64,000 bases of DNA from Oligoflexia bacterium (lineage in GTDB: Bacteria; Bdellovibrionota; UBA1018). Under the pieces are notes generated by a model that was not told the DNA's origin, ran no database searches, and saw only the letters and a list, made by a program, of their open reading frames with translations. Shown here piece by piece: positions 1 to 9,475 of the stretch (position 1 is the first letter of the stretch; every line of letters starts with the position of its first letter). Both the position numbers and the translations under genes were made by a program. The stretch is from NCBI GenBank assembly GCA_963758495.1, contig CAVWVI010000001.1:480001-544000 (forward strand), given 5' to 3'.

Positions 1-1150
1 TTTTTGAAATCTTCTTGGTTCCAATATCTTTACGAGTCGGAATTTTCCCCTCACGCATTTTACTTTTGGTCATTTGTTCAATTCGGCCAATTAATCCACG
101 ATGACTTGGGGTCACTAAGCTCATCGCAATACCATTTTTTCCGCTTCGAGCGGTACGCCCAATACGATGAACGTAACTATCGAGTTCGCGAGGAATCGAA
201 TAGTTAATTACGTGAGTTATATTTTTGACATCGAGTCCACGAGAAGCAACGTCGGTACAAATGAGCAAATTGACTTTTCGGTCCCGAAAAGCCTGCATCG
301 TTCTTTCGCGTGCGTTTTGATCTTTATCCCCATGCAATGAATCTACTTTATAGGCACGTTCCGTCAAATACTGAGTGAGGTCTGTTACTAACGACTTAGT
401 TTGACAAAAAACAAGCCCATAAAAATCCTCTGCAGAATCAATTAATTTACATAAGATCTCAGGCTTATTGGATTCGTGAGTCATAAAATAGAGTTGCTCT
501 ACCGTATCAGGGAGCATCTCCGTTCGATTCACTTGAACTTGACGAGGACTTCGCAAGTATTCATCTGCGACTTTGCGCACTTCTCGGCTCATGGTTGCCG
601 AAAAAAGCCAAATATTACTCGATTCTCGTGGGGTACTATTTAAAATTTTCTCTAAATCGTCCTTAAAGCCCATTGAAATCATTTCATCAGCTTCGTCAAG
701 AATCAGGGTTTCGAGCTCATCTAAGCGGAGAGTACCCCTATCCATATGATCAACTACACGACCCGGGGTTCCAACTACTACGGAAGCTCCCTTTTTTAAA
801 CCATGAATCTGATCAGAGTAGCTTGAACCACCATAAATGGGTAGTGCACGGACACCCTTATGTTTGCCCAATAAATTAATCTGTCCAGCGACTTGAAGAG
901 CAAGCTCTCGAGTTGGACAAAGGACAAGGGCCTGAACCGACCTTCGAGAGGGATCAATCCGCTCCAAAAGTGGGATTGCAAAGGCAGCAGTTTTACCTGT
1001 ACCTGTGGCCGCTAAACCCAAAAAGTCCGTAGACTTACCTAATAAAATAGGGAGCGCTTCCGCCTGGATTGGGCTTGGCTTTTCATAGCCCAGTTCGGCA
1101 ATTGCACGCATTAATGAAGTACTTAATTTAAGCTGATTAAATGAATCCAA
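1..1150 (-). CDS. DEAD-box RNA helicase (3' part runs off the window)
   Basis: Manual translation from TTG at 1150: Q motif GYEKPSPIQ, ATGTGKT, PTRELA, TPGR, DEAD, SAT. Absent from the ORF track because its stop lies outside the window. Confidence 0.95.
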   Translation of the reverse strand, partial: MDSFNQLKLSTSLMRAIAELGYEKPSPIQAEALPILLGKSTDFLGLAATGTGKTAAFAIPLLERIDPSRRSVQALVLCPTRELALQVAGQINLLGKHKGVRALPIYGGSSYSDQIHGLKKGASVVVGTPGRVVDHMDRGTLRLDELETLILDEADEMISMGFKDDLEKILNSTPRESSNIWLFSATMSREVRKVADEYLRSPRQVQVNRTEMLPDTVEQLYFMTHESNKPEILCKLIDSAEDFYGLVFCQTKSLVTDLTQYLTERAYKVDSLHGDKDQNARERTMQAFRDRKVNLLICTDVASRGLDVKNITHVINYSIPRELDSYVHRIGRTARSGKNGIAMSLVTPSHRGLIGRIEQMTKSKMREGKIPTRKDIGTKKISK

Positions 1151-1256
1151 AGTGTATCTCTTTTCTTTAAGATACCCTGTATAGCACACTTTTTACCCAA
1201 TTGCCGTTTATTTTGATACCCTCCTTGTATTAAATCGGTTAAAAGTCGAATTAAGT

Positions 1257-2450
1257 ATGAATCATTATGATGTTATCATTATTGGAGCCGGTGGTGCCGG
1301 CCTTATGTGCGCTCTCCATGCTGCCCGACGAGGACGTAGGGTCTTCTTGCTCGATCACGCTAAAAAACTCGGTGGGAAAATTTTAATATCGGGCGGCGGC
1401 CGTTGCAATTTTACCAATAGGGAAGCGAGCCATTTAAATTATGTTTCTGAAAATCCTCATTTTTGTAAATCGGCACTTTCTCGTTACCCTTCCGAGAGTT
1501 TTGTTGAGATGGTTCAAAATCATAAAATCGCGTATCATGAAAAAAAACTGGGTCAACTCTTCTGTGATCATTCGGCTCAAGAAATTGTCAATCTTCTAAA
1601 ATCTGAATGCGACAAAGCCGGAGCACGTATTGAGCTGGAGTGTAAAATTAACAAAATATCTCGAATTGCCGAGAACGATGTTCATTTTAACATTGAATCA
1701 AGTTCAGGTACCTTTCAATGTACTTCATTAGTCATCGCGACAGGTGGCCTTTCTATTCCAAAAATTGGAGCGACAGGTTTCGGCTATGAAATCGCACGCC
1801 AATTTGGACTCCGGATTGTCAATACGACACCTGCTTTGGATGGGTTTCGGCTTGCTGACAAAGAGACCCAATCTTTTCGTGAATTATCGGGTCTCTCTAT
1901 CGATTGTAAAATTACTTGTAATATGATTTCGTTTCGAGAAAATCTTCTTTTCACTCATAGTGGGTTGAGTGGTCCGGCCGCCCTCCAAGCTTCACTTCAT
2001 TGGAATCCAGGTCATTCTATTTTCATAGATCTGTTACCTGATATGCCTTCTTCTTTTGAATGGTTTCTTAATAAAAAAAGAGAAGGTAATCGCTCTATTG
2101 TAAAAAACTTACTGGCTGAATTATTACCCAATCGATTTTCAGAACGCTTTTGCGAACTTTACTTTGCATCCACACTCCCTCTACCTCAAGTCTCAGAAGT
2201 CGCATTGAGTGAGTTTTGCCAAAAACTACATCATTGGGAAATTACTCCCAGCGGAACAGTAGGCTACAATAAAGCCGAAGTAACACGGGGTGGAGTCAGC
2301 ACTGATGAACTTTCCTCCAAAACAATGGAAGCTAAGAAAGTCTCTCATCTCTATTTCATAGGAGAAGTGGTTGACGTTACTGGCTGGCTAGGGGGCTATA
2401 ACTTCCAATGGGCATGGGCTTCTGGCTGGGCGGCAGGCCAAGCTGTTTAG
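1257..2450 (+). CDS. HI0933/YhiN/BaiN-family flavoprotein
   Basis: GAGGAG, GGKILISGGGRCNFTN, ATGGLS, VTRGGV, GEVVDVTGWLGGYNFQWAWASG. Confidence 0.95.
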   Translation: MNHYDVIIIGAGGAGLMCALHAARRGRRVFLLDHAKKLGGKILISGGGRCNFTNREASHLNYVSENPHFCKSALSRYPSESFVEMVQNHKIAYHEKKLGQLFCDHSAQEIVNLLKSECDKAGARIELECKINKISRIAENDVHFNIESSSGTFQCTSLVIATGGLSIPKIGATGFGYEIARQFGLRIVNTTPALDGFRLADKETQSFRELSGLSIDCKITCNMISFRENLLFTHSGLSGPAALQASLHWNPGHSIFIDLLPDMPSSFEWFLNKKREGNRSIVKNLLAELLPNRFSERFCELYFASTLPLPQVSEVALSEFCQKLHHWEITPSGTVGYNKAEVTRGGVSTDELSSKTMEAKKVSHLYFIGEVVDVTGWLGGYNFQWAWASGWAAGQAV

Positions 2451-3604
2451 TCCGCTCCTTTTTTTGCTTTAAATAGATGTACTGAATAGATTTCTAGTTG
2501 CCGGACATGTTTAAAGAAAAGCCAAGGTAAGTGGTCTATTTTCTCCTCAATTTTAAACCCTGCTTGTTCATAGAGCCATTCCGCGGCTCGAGCAGAATCC
2601 TGAATCCCACGAGGCAGGCGCGCCCGAAGTTTCTTAGCCACGACTTCATGCCAAATATAGGGGCAACTTTGAATGGCTATACCGTTATTTTTTAGCAAAT
2701 CATACTGAATGGCGGGAAGCGAAGACGGATTATCCAACATATCAATCGCATTGAATACCAATGCAAGATCCCACTGCCCGGTGAGTGCAGGAGGATTTTC
2801 CAGATCTCCAACTAAAAAATCCCCTTGACCATCATAGCTCTTTGCAGGGGAAATATGAATGGAACGCGATAAAGGACCTTGAAGCAAATCTTCAGGAATC
2901 CGCAAGGACCCTCGATAGGGAACACCTAAACTAAGGTGCCGAGCCATTGCAATACTTGCAAATGAACTGTCTATTCCAAGGTAAGATTGAAGATGATTTT
3001 TTAACATTGGATATAAACCACCTACGCCACATCCTAGCTCCACAACATGATTCAAACTCCTCTTTTGACCTAGGTGTGCTACCCATTTTTGAATCTGTGC
3101 AAATGGACCTTGATCCCAATACTCTTTTACAAGCGAATCAATCAGTGGACTCCCCTGCCCTCGGCGAGGTTTCCACCAAATGTCTTGAGAAGCTAAAGAG
3201 CTCACTCCTACACGTAAATAATGATTCATGAGATAAAGCGCGTTCACCCGCTCGGCTTCCAAATCATCTTCAATATGCTCAATTTGAATCTCAGCTTTAG
3301 CTTCTAAATAATCCTGTAGATATTCACGAGGAATTTCAGAGTCTTGAACCGCTTGCGCAATCCCTTTCACATGATTTAAAAGGTAAAGACGAACATCATC
3401 TACAACAATGGCCACACCCGCTAGAATAGGGAATTTCGCTTGACACTTCAGGCACTTGAGATCGCCAGACCGGACATCAAAAACATCCTCTGCAGGCCCA
3501 CTCTTTAGCTTCTCATGGGCAATCAGCTGAAAAGACCCCTTACATCGACTTGCACCACGTTTTTTCTTAGGACATTGCAACCTAGAAACTGTTGTATTCA
3601 TCAT
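2447..3604 (-). CDS. Class I SAM-dependent methyltransferase with N-terminal Trm112-like Zn-ribbon
   Basis: N-terminal LQCP..C..LKCLKCQAKFPILAGV; motif I VVELGCGVG; GIDSS; WDLALVFNAID. Confidence 0.75.
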   Translation of the reverse strand: MMNTTVSRLQCPKKKRGASRCKGSFQLIAHEKLKSGPAEDVFDVRSGDLKCLKCQAKFPILAGVAIVVDDVRLYLLNHVKGIAQAVQDSEIPREYLQDYLEAKAEIQIEHIEDDLEAERVNALYLMNHYLRVGVSSLASQDIWWKPRRGQGSPLIDSLVKEYWDQGPFAQIQKWVAHLGQKRSLNHVVELGCGVGGLYPMLKNHLQSYLGIDSSFASIAMARHLSLGVPYRGSLRIPEDLLQGPLSRSIHISPAKSYDGQGDFLVGDLENPPALTGQWDLALVFNAIDMLDNPSSLPAIQYDLLKNNGIAIQSCPYIWHEVVAKKLRARLPRGIQDSARAAEWLYEQAGFKIEEKIDHLPWLFFKHVRQLEIYSVHLFKAKKGAD

Positions 3605-3669
3605 GAATCTTAGATTTATCTCGCTCGACCTATGAAATCGAGCAAAAAGCTATTTTTTCCATTAATCGT

Positions 3670-3696
3670 TAATAAAGTTATATTTTTTTCCGATAT
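3670..3696 (+). promoter_or_regulatory. sigma-28 (FliA)-like promoter of the kinase gene
   Basis: TAAT-N15-TCCGATAT versus consensus TAAA-N15-GCCGATAA; ATG starts 7 nt after the -10 element. Confidence 0.45.
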
Positions 3697-3702
3697 GACA
3701 TA

Positions 3703-5451
3703 ATGCGGACCTACGCAATCTCATTATTTAAAAGAACTTTTCTTTACTTTTTAATTTACCTGATGCTTCTGGCGCAACCTTGTTTTTCAAGGATTCCACT
3801 GGAAGTTCAAAAGGAAATGCGTGAAACCGAATTAAAGATAGAAGGACTTCAGAAGTTGAATAAAAGTTCAGAAGTTCCAGCTGCCGAAGAAGTGGAACTT
3901 TTAAAAAATTACCTAAAATCACTAGAAATTATTAACCAACTTTCAAATCAATCCTGCAATTTACCTTCGCCTACCCCACACAATGACACACTCACTCTTG
4001 AGCGCAAATTTCTACAGACATTAGAGCAGCTAGACAAAGTCTATAAATCAGACATTAGTCCTTCTGAAGTTTACAAACTCATTCATTATGTTGAGTCTAA
4101 TAAAGAACAATGGAGAATGAGAAATACTCAGATAAAGCCATTCACCATCAAAAGCAAATCGGGTGAAGTGACTCAGGTACATTTTTCAATAGATCGTCAA
4201 GATAGAATTTATTTACAATTTGGATCAATCGCATTAGGAAGAGGTGCTAGTAAAGTTGCTTATAAAATCACCTCCTATGGAAGTTGGTCTAACTTAGTCA
4301 AGCTTGCTCTTAGACCTGACATAAAAGAACCTGACACAAAAGAAAAAAATGAAAACTTTGCAAATGAACAAAAAATACTTGGACGAATTTCCGATCTTCC
4401 TCGCAACGAACAAACAGGACTAGTAGAGACTTACCATGTAGGGAGGAAGCAAATCATTCAATCCATGTATCCTTATGCTCTGTCTGCAATTCGCCCAGAA
4501 GTGATGAGAAACCTTCGTTCAGACTTACGTTTAGATCTTATTCATCAACTTAGCATTGGACTTAGAAAGTTGCATGATTTAGGCATTCATCATACTGATC
4601 TAAAACAAGAAAACATTTTGGTGAATTTAGAAAGTCAGGAACCCAAACTAGCTATCAGCGACTTTGATTTAGCCTATTTCCCACAATACCTAATTCGTAG
4701 TATGAAAAAAAGACCGCTGAGGGGCACTCCTGTTATGATGGCTCCAGAAATGATAAAAATGATCGGCTATCCTCAAAAAACAACATCTTGGGAAGGAGCA
4801 GACGAGAAAGAAAAAATTGAAATCGTTTTTAAGAGTGATGTTTATGCTGCAGCTACTATCGCTTATGAAATCATGAATCCATATGGACAAAATTGGATAA
4901 AAAAATGCGAAAATATTCTGATTTTTTATTCTTCTAATGAATATTCTGATGAATATAAAGATTTTTTTACTTGCCAAGTCCATGCGCTCAAGAACTTCAT
5001 ATACCAAGAGTCTGAAAGTTTAAATTTAGATTCCTTTAATCACCTCATAGCTGCTGCCGTGAAACCAGATCCTGCTCAAAGAATTAACTCAAAGCAGTTC
5101 GATGAAGGAATTAAATACCTTCAAGAGAAGTCTTATTCTCCTCAAAATGATCCAGGCCCGGTACCCGAAAGGCTGTTGATTTCCAAGTACCAGAAATATG
5201 GTCAACCCGACTATGTTAAACTACGGGAAGTTGAGGCTGAGAATTTACTTATGGGCAAGAGTCCAGGTTCTTATATAGTTCATAAAATAAAATTTAATAA
5301 AGGATTTAGAATGGGTTTTACTTTCATAACTCAAGATGGATCTCCTAAAACCAAAGTTTTAGAAATAAACTCACTCGAACCGTTAGAACTAGAAAAAGAA
5401 ATTAACTTTCTTAAAATGCTAGGAACGCTCAAATCACTGATCTCAGTTTAA
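3703..5451 (+). CDS. Hanks-type Ser/Thr protein kinase with N-terminal signal peptide and SH2-like C-terminal segment
   Basis: GRGASKVAY loop, LVKL lysine, HTDLKQENIL, DFD in place of DFG, GTPVMMAPE, KSDVY; hydrophobic N-terminus; C-terminal EAENLLMGKSPGSYIVH. Confidence 0.85.
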   Translation: MRTYAISLFKRTFLYFLIYLMLLAQPCFSRIPLEVQKEMRETELKIEGLQKLNKSSEVPAAEEVELLKNYLKSLEIINQLSNQSCNLPSPTPHNDTLTLERKFLQTLEQLDKVYKSDISPSEVYKLIHYVESNKEQWRMRNTQIKPFTIKSKSGEVTQVHFSIDRQDRIYLQFGSIALGRGASKVAYKITSYGSWSNLVKLALRPDIKEPDTKEKNENFANEQKILGRISDLPRNEQTGLVETYHVGRKQIIQSMYPYALSAIRPEVMRNLRSDLRLDLIHQLSIGLRKLHDLGIHHTDLKQENILVNLESQEPKLAISDFDLAYFPQYLIRSMKKRPLRGTPVMMAPEMIKMIGYPQKTTSWEGADEKEKIEIVFKSDVYAAATIAYEIMNPYGQNWIKKCENILIFYSSNEYSDEYKDFFTCQVHALKNFIYQESESLNLDSFNHLIAAAVKPDPAQRINSKQFDEGIKYLQEKSYSPQNDPGPVPERLLISKYQKYGQPDYVKLREVEAENLLMGKSPGSYIVHKIKFNKGFRMGFTFITQDGSPKTKVLEINSLEPLELEKEINFLKMLGTLKSLISV

Positions 5452-5462
5452 CAATTCGAGCG

Positions 5463-5548
5463 TAAGCGAGGGAAGGAGTCTTATTGTGCTTGGAACCCAA
5501 ATCTTTACGGCGCAATAAGACTCCTTCCCTCGCTTATCAACAACCCTA
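5463..5548. repeat. Palindromic repeat element, copy 1
   Basis: 27-nt arms at 5463-5489 and 5510-5536 (one G-T), loop TTGGAACCCAAATCTTTACG, followed by TCAACAACCCTA; lies between the convergent kinase and ftsH genes. Confidence 0.9.
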
Positions 5549-5575
5549 AAGGAATTACTTACATTTCTATTTTTT

Positions 5576-7444
5576 TCATAACGCTTGTGATGCTTCCCTT
5601 AAATTTACAACATTGCCGTTATATTTCTCCCATAGCTGCTTCAAACCTATTTCGTCAATAGTCTCTTTGACTATCAAAATGTGCACTGCTTCTTCAATAA
5701 GTGCTTTATAATTATGAATTACATCAGTGGCTAATTTCATAGATCGATTCATAATATTTTGAATTGAATTGTCAATTTGTTGAGCCGTTTTCTCACTAAA
5801 TTCAAATGCCCTGATCGCAGCCGGATTCCCCAGCATTGCACTGGACTCTCTTTCATAGACAGCGAGGCCAAGTTTCGGGTCCATACCGTAACGAGTCACC
5901 ATAGCTCGAGCAATATCCGTAGCTTTATCTAAATCATCACCTGAACCCGTTGAAATGTCATCAAAAAATAGATCTTCTGATGCACGACCTGCAAGGGCAA
6001 TGGCCATCTTAGATTCTAATTCTCGACTACTCATCAGATATCGATCTTCCGTTGGACGTCGCATAGTATAGCCTAATGCACCCAACCCACGAGGAATAAT
6101 ACTTACTTTATGAACAACTTCACCTTGACCAAGAGCTAGAGCAACTATGGCATGTCCCATTTCATGGTATGCAACCCTTTTCTTTTCCTCGTGATTAAGT
6201 ACTCGACTTCGCCGTTCCAATCCTGCAATAATTCGCTCAATTGCAAAAGTAAAAGAATTCAAGCTAACTACTTTGTCACCATTTCGAGTCGCAATGAGTG
6301 CAGCCTCATTTACCAAATTAGCAAGGTCTGCACCTGAAAAACCGGCAGTCATAGATGCTAAGACCTTAACGTCTACATGAGGAGCTAATTTTATTTTTTT
6401 CATATGAATCTCTAAAATTTGCTCTCTTCCTATACGATCTGGCTTATCAACTAAGATTTGGCGGTCAAACCTTCCTGCACGAAGAAGCGCCGGGTCCAAA
6501 ACTTCTGGACGATTCGTAGCTGCTAATAAAATAATTCCTTGTGCGGGATCAAATCCATCCATTTCTGCCAGCAATTGATTGAGGGTTTGCTCCTTCTCAT
6601 CATTAGATGATCCAGTAATCGCACTCATTCCCCTCGCCTTTCCTAATGCATCCAATTCATCAATAAAAATAATACAGGGTGCTTTACCTCTTGCTTGCTC
6701 AAAAAGATCTCTCACTCTCGCTGCCCCCAAGCCAACAAATAGCTCAACAAATTCTGAACCGTTAATTGAAAAAAAAGGAACTCTTGCCTCTCCTGCCACC
6801 GCTCGAGATAGTAATGTTTTTCCTGTACCAGGAGGGCCAATTAATAATATTCCTTTAGGCATTCTTCCACCCAGTCTTGAATAACTAGCTGGATCTTTCA
6901 AAAAATTTACAATTTCAAATAACTCACCTTTAGCTTCATCAACCCCAGCAATATCCTCAAATCGTGTTTTCAAATCAGTTTCTACATAAATTTTAGCCTT
7001 GGATTTCCCCAAGGACAGAAACCCTCCCCCTCGAGAGCCCCCTCCTGAACGCTTCAAAATAAACGACCAAAAGAACAAAAATAAAATTATTGGAAATACC
7101 CAAGCTAACAAACCACTAAAAACTTTACTCTCCGGTATCGCACTAAAACGAATGTTTGAAGCTGTAAGTCTATTAACCAAATTTGAATCATTTACTCTTA
7201 AGGTTGTAAATTCTTTTGGATGCCCTACTGGTGGGTTCTTTAAAGTGCCAATAATTCTCTCTGAACCTAAATCCACTTCAGATATTCGACCTTCATTTAC
7301 ATAAGTTATAAATTGACTATAAGGAATTGTTTCTATAGTTTTAGTGTATTGTATCCAATTACTCATCATTATTAAAACAAAGGTAATCATCAGCAAAGAA
7401 AAAATATTAACCCTAGGAATAGTTGAAAGTGGATTCTTTTTCAT
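5576..7444 (-). CDS. ftsH: ATP-dependent zinc metalloprotease FtsH
   Basis: Two TM segments, [31 protein letters not shown]. Confidence 0.97.
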   Translation of the reverse strand: MKKNPLSTIPRVNIFSLLMITFVLIMMSNWIQYTKTIETIPYSQFITYVNEGRISEVDLGSERIIGTLKNPPVGHPKEFTTLRVNDSNLVNRLTASNIRFSAIPESKVFSGLLAWVFPIILFLFFWSFILKRSGGGSRGGGFLSLGKSKAKIYVETDLKTRFEDIAGVDEAKGELFEIVNFLKDPASYSRLGGRMPKGILLIGPPGTGKTLLSRAVAGEARVPFFSINGSEFVELFVGLGAARVRDLFEQARGKAPCIIFIDELDALGKARGMSAITGSSNDEKEQTLNQLLAEMDGFDPAQGIILLAATNRPEVLDPALLRAGRFDRQILVDKPDRIGREQILEIHMKKIKLAPHVDVKVLASMTAGFSGADLANLVNEAALIATRNGDKVVSLNSFTFAIERIIAGLERRSRVLNHEEKKRVAYHEMGHAIVALALGQGEVVHKVSIIPRGLGALGYTMRRPTEDRYLMSSRELESKMAIALAGRASEDLFFDDISTGSGDDLDKATDIARAMVTRYGMDPKLGLAVYERESSAMLGNPAAIRAFEFSEKTAQQIDNSIQNIMNRSMKLATDVIHNYKALIEEAVHILIVKETIDEIGLKQLWEKYNGNVVNLREASQAL

Positions 7445-7586
7445 GACCCGCCTGATTCTATGTTACAATTAGCTAGATACCCAGATGTGCAAGCCTACTG
7501 CCAAATATAAGCAAGCCCTAAAGGAAGTAGTTCTAAAGGAGCTGCTTACGACTTGGCATGGACATTTCATTTCTAAAATAATTATA

Positions 7587-8672
7587 ATGAACCGGTTTCC
7601 AAGAGGACTTCTCACTACAGCACTCTTAGTCATAGTGACTTGGGGAATCGCAACTGCGCGCCCCTTCTTAGTCCCCGTTTGCATTGCGGCACTCCTCGGA
7701 TTTTTGATCACTCCTCTGATTCGCATTTTAACTCGTATCCACGTACCTGAATGGCTTGCCGTCACATTGGGCACGATTCTACTACTCATCCCTATTCCTG
7801 CAGTGAGCTATATGCTGATCAGACAAGCTACCTCTTTATTTCAAGATATTCCGCTACTCATGAATTCACTCAATAAACTCTTAAATACGTTTAATAAAAG
7901 TAAATTAGGGCAATCTATTCACATCTCAGATTATTTAAATCCGGCTGCACTTTTGGAAAAACTCTCTGTTGTGGCTGGAGAAAGCATTCAGGTAATTTTA
8001 TCGGGTTTAAATGCCGTACTCAATACTGGCTCACAAATAGCCCTTATTTTATTATTTACTATTTTAATGATTATGTCACGCAAACACCTTCGAACTACTT
8101 TTGAAAAAATCCTAGCACGGTATGAGTCCATTCAAGGCGCATCCATGTTAGATGAAGTAACCACCCTAATTGAACGCTTCTTATTAGCTCGATTATTGAT
8201 TGTTATCATTGTAGCCGCAGTTGACACGATTGCATTGATAGGTTTTTCAGTGCCCTACAGTTTTCTTATGGGAACATTTCTGGGCATTATGACTCTCTTA
8301 CCAGCCATTGGTTTTATTCTAGCATTAATACCGCCTGTCATTGTTTCTTTTGCAGAAGGGCATACTTTAGCATCTATACTTTTCCTGGTAATTGTACTTT
8401 TAATTATGTCAATTATTGAGGGAAATATCCTTTCCCCAAAGTTAGTTGGTATTCAACTCAATATAAACGCACTTTCATCGTTTTTAGGTATTTTTGCCGG
8501 AGGCTTGATTTGGGGTATCTGGGGGATGTTACTCTGCATTCCATTTTTAGGTGTTTTACGGATTATCTTCAGCGCAGTACCTACACTTCAACCTTGGGGC
8601 GATCTCCTTGCAGACAAGGAGGACAAAAAACTTTCCTTAAAACTCATGAAGCGACCTTCAAAGATAGCCTGA
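7587..8672 (+). CDS. AI-2E family transporter
   Basis: Polytopic; IEGNILSPKLVG and WGIWGMLLCIP family motifs; start moved to ATG 7587. Confidence 0.9.
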   Translation: MNRFPRGLLTTALLVIVTWGIATARPFLVPVCIAALLGFLITPLIRILTRIHVPEWLAVTLGTILLLIPIPAVSYMLIRQATSLFQDIPLLMNSLNKLLNTFNKSKLGQSIHISDYLNPAALLEKLSVVAGESIQVILSGLNAVLNTGSQIALILLFTILMIMSRKHLRTTFEKILARYESIQGASMLDEVTTLIERFLLARLLIVIIVAAVDTIALIGFSVPYSFLMGTFLGIMTLLPAIGFILALIPPVIVSFAEGHTLASILFLVIVLLIMSIIEGNILSPKLVGIQLNINALSSFLGIFAGGLIWGIWGMLLCIPFLGVLRIIFSAVPTLQPWGDLLADKEDKKLSLKLMKRPSKIA

Positions 8673-8708
8673 ACTACCCTATGAAAATGGAATATAAGTA
8701 GTTCCTAC

Positions 8709-8752
8709 AGGGTTGTTGACAAGCACTGCAACAGGACCTCTTGCAGTGCTTG
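8709..8752. repeat. Palindromic repeat element, shortened copy
   Basis: AGGGTTGTTGACAAG end motif; stem CAAGCACTGCAA (8720-8731)/TTGCAGTGCTTG (8741-8752); right half closely matches the right arm of the 28017 copy. Confidence 0.7.
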
Positions 8753-8801
8753 CTGTGGAATGAGGCTTGCTTCATGAGCTGGGCACGGGGAGTTTCACGC
8801 G

Positions 8802-9467
8802 ATGCCTCAGCTTTTTCGCATAGGCGCAAACACAGTCACAAAAATCGTCATAATATCATTTATTGGACTTGTCTGTGGCTCTTTCGGAGTTGGAGAAATA
8901 CTTAAATGGTCATCCTATGTTACAGATGTTGGAGTTCCACGTGAGCAGCCGATTCCCTTTAGCCATCGCCATCATGTCAAAGGTGATGGCATAGATTGCC
9001 GCTATTGTCATACTTCTGTGGAAATTTCTTCCACAGCAGGAATGCCATCTACTGAAACATGCATGACATGCCATTCCCAAATCTGGTCACAGAGTCCTCT
9101 TTTGAAGCCTGTGCAGGCGAGTTTCTTTGAAAATAAACCTCTCCATTGGACACGTGTGCACGTTTTACCAGACTATGTTTATTTTAATCACAGCATTCAT
9201 ATTAATAAAGGAATTGGATGCGTCAGCTGTCATGGACAAGTAGATGAAATGCCTCTTAATTTGAAAATCCGAACCTTTTATATGCGTGATTGTCTCTCAT
9301 GTCACAGAAATCCGGAGCGTTATATACGACCTCGTGAAGAGGTGTTCAATTTGCATTGGAAACCACCCACGGGGGAAAAAGAAAGAAATCAACTCGGTAA
9401 GCAACTGATTCAGCAATATCAGATTGATAAAGAGCGAATTACAAATTGCTATACATGCCATAGGTAG
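8802..9467 (+). CDS. actA: Alternative complex III pentaheme cytochrome c subunit
   Basis: Five CxxCH motifs (CRYCH, CMTCH, CVSCH, CLSCH, CYTCH), QPIPFSH, N-terminal TM; operon context. Confidence 0.93.
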   Translation: MPQLFRIGANTVTKIVIISFIGLVCGSFGVGEILKWSSYVTDVGVPREQPIPFSHRHHVKGDGIDCRYCHTSVEISSTAGMPSTETCMTCHSQIWSQSPLLKPVQASFFENKPLHWTRVHVLPDYVYFNHSIHINKGIGCVSCHGQVDEMPLNLKIRTFYMRDCLSCHRNPERYIRPREEVFNLHWKPPTGEKERNQLGKQLIQQYQIDKERITNCYTCHR

Positions 9468-9475
9468 GAAAATAG

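Noticed and set aside
4..981. Short ORFs 4-207, 673-879, 796-981 and similar 60-155 aa ORFs throughout
   Set aside because: They are shadow frames overlapping well-supported genes.
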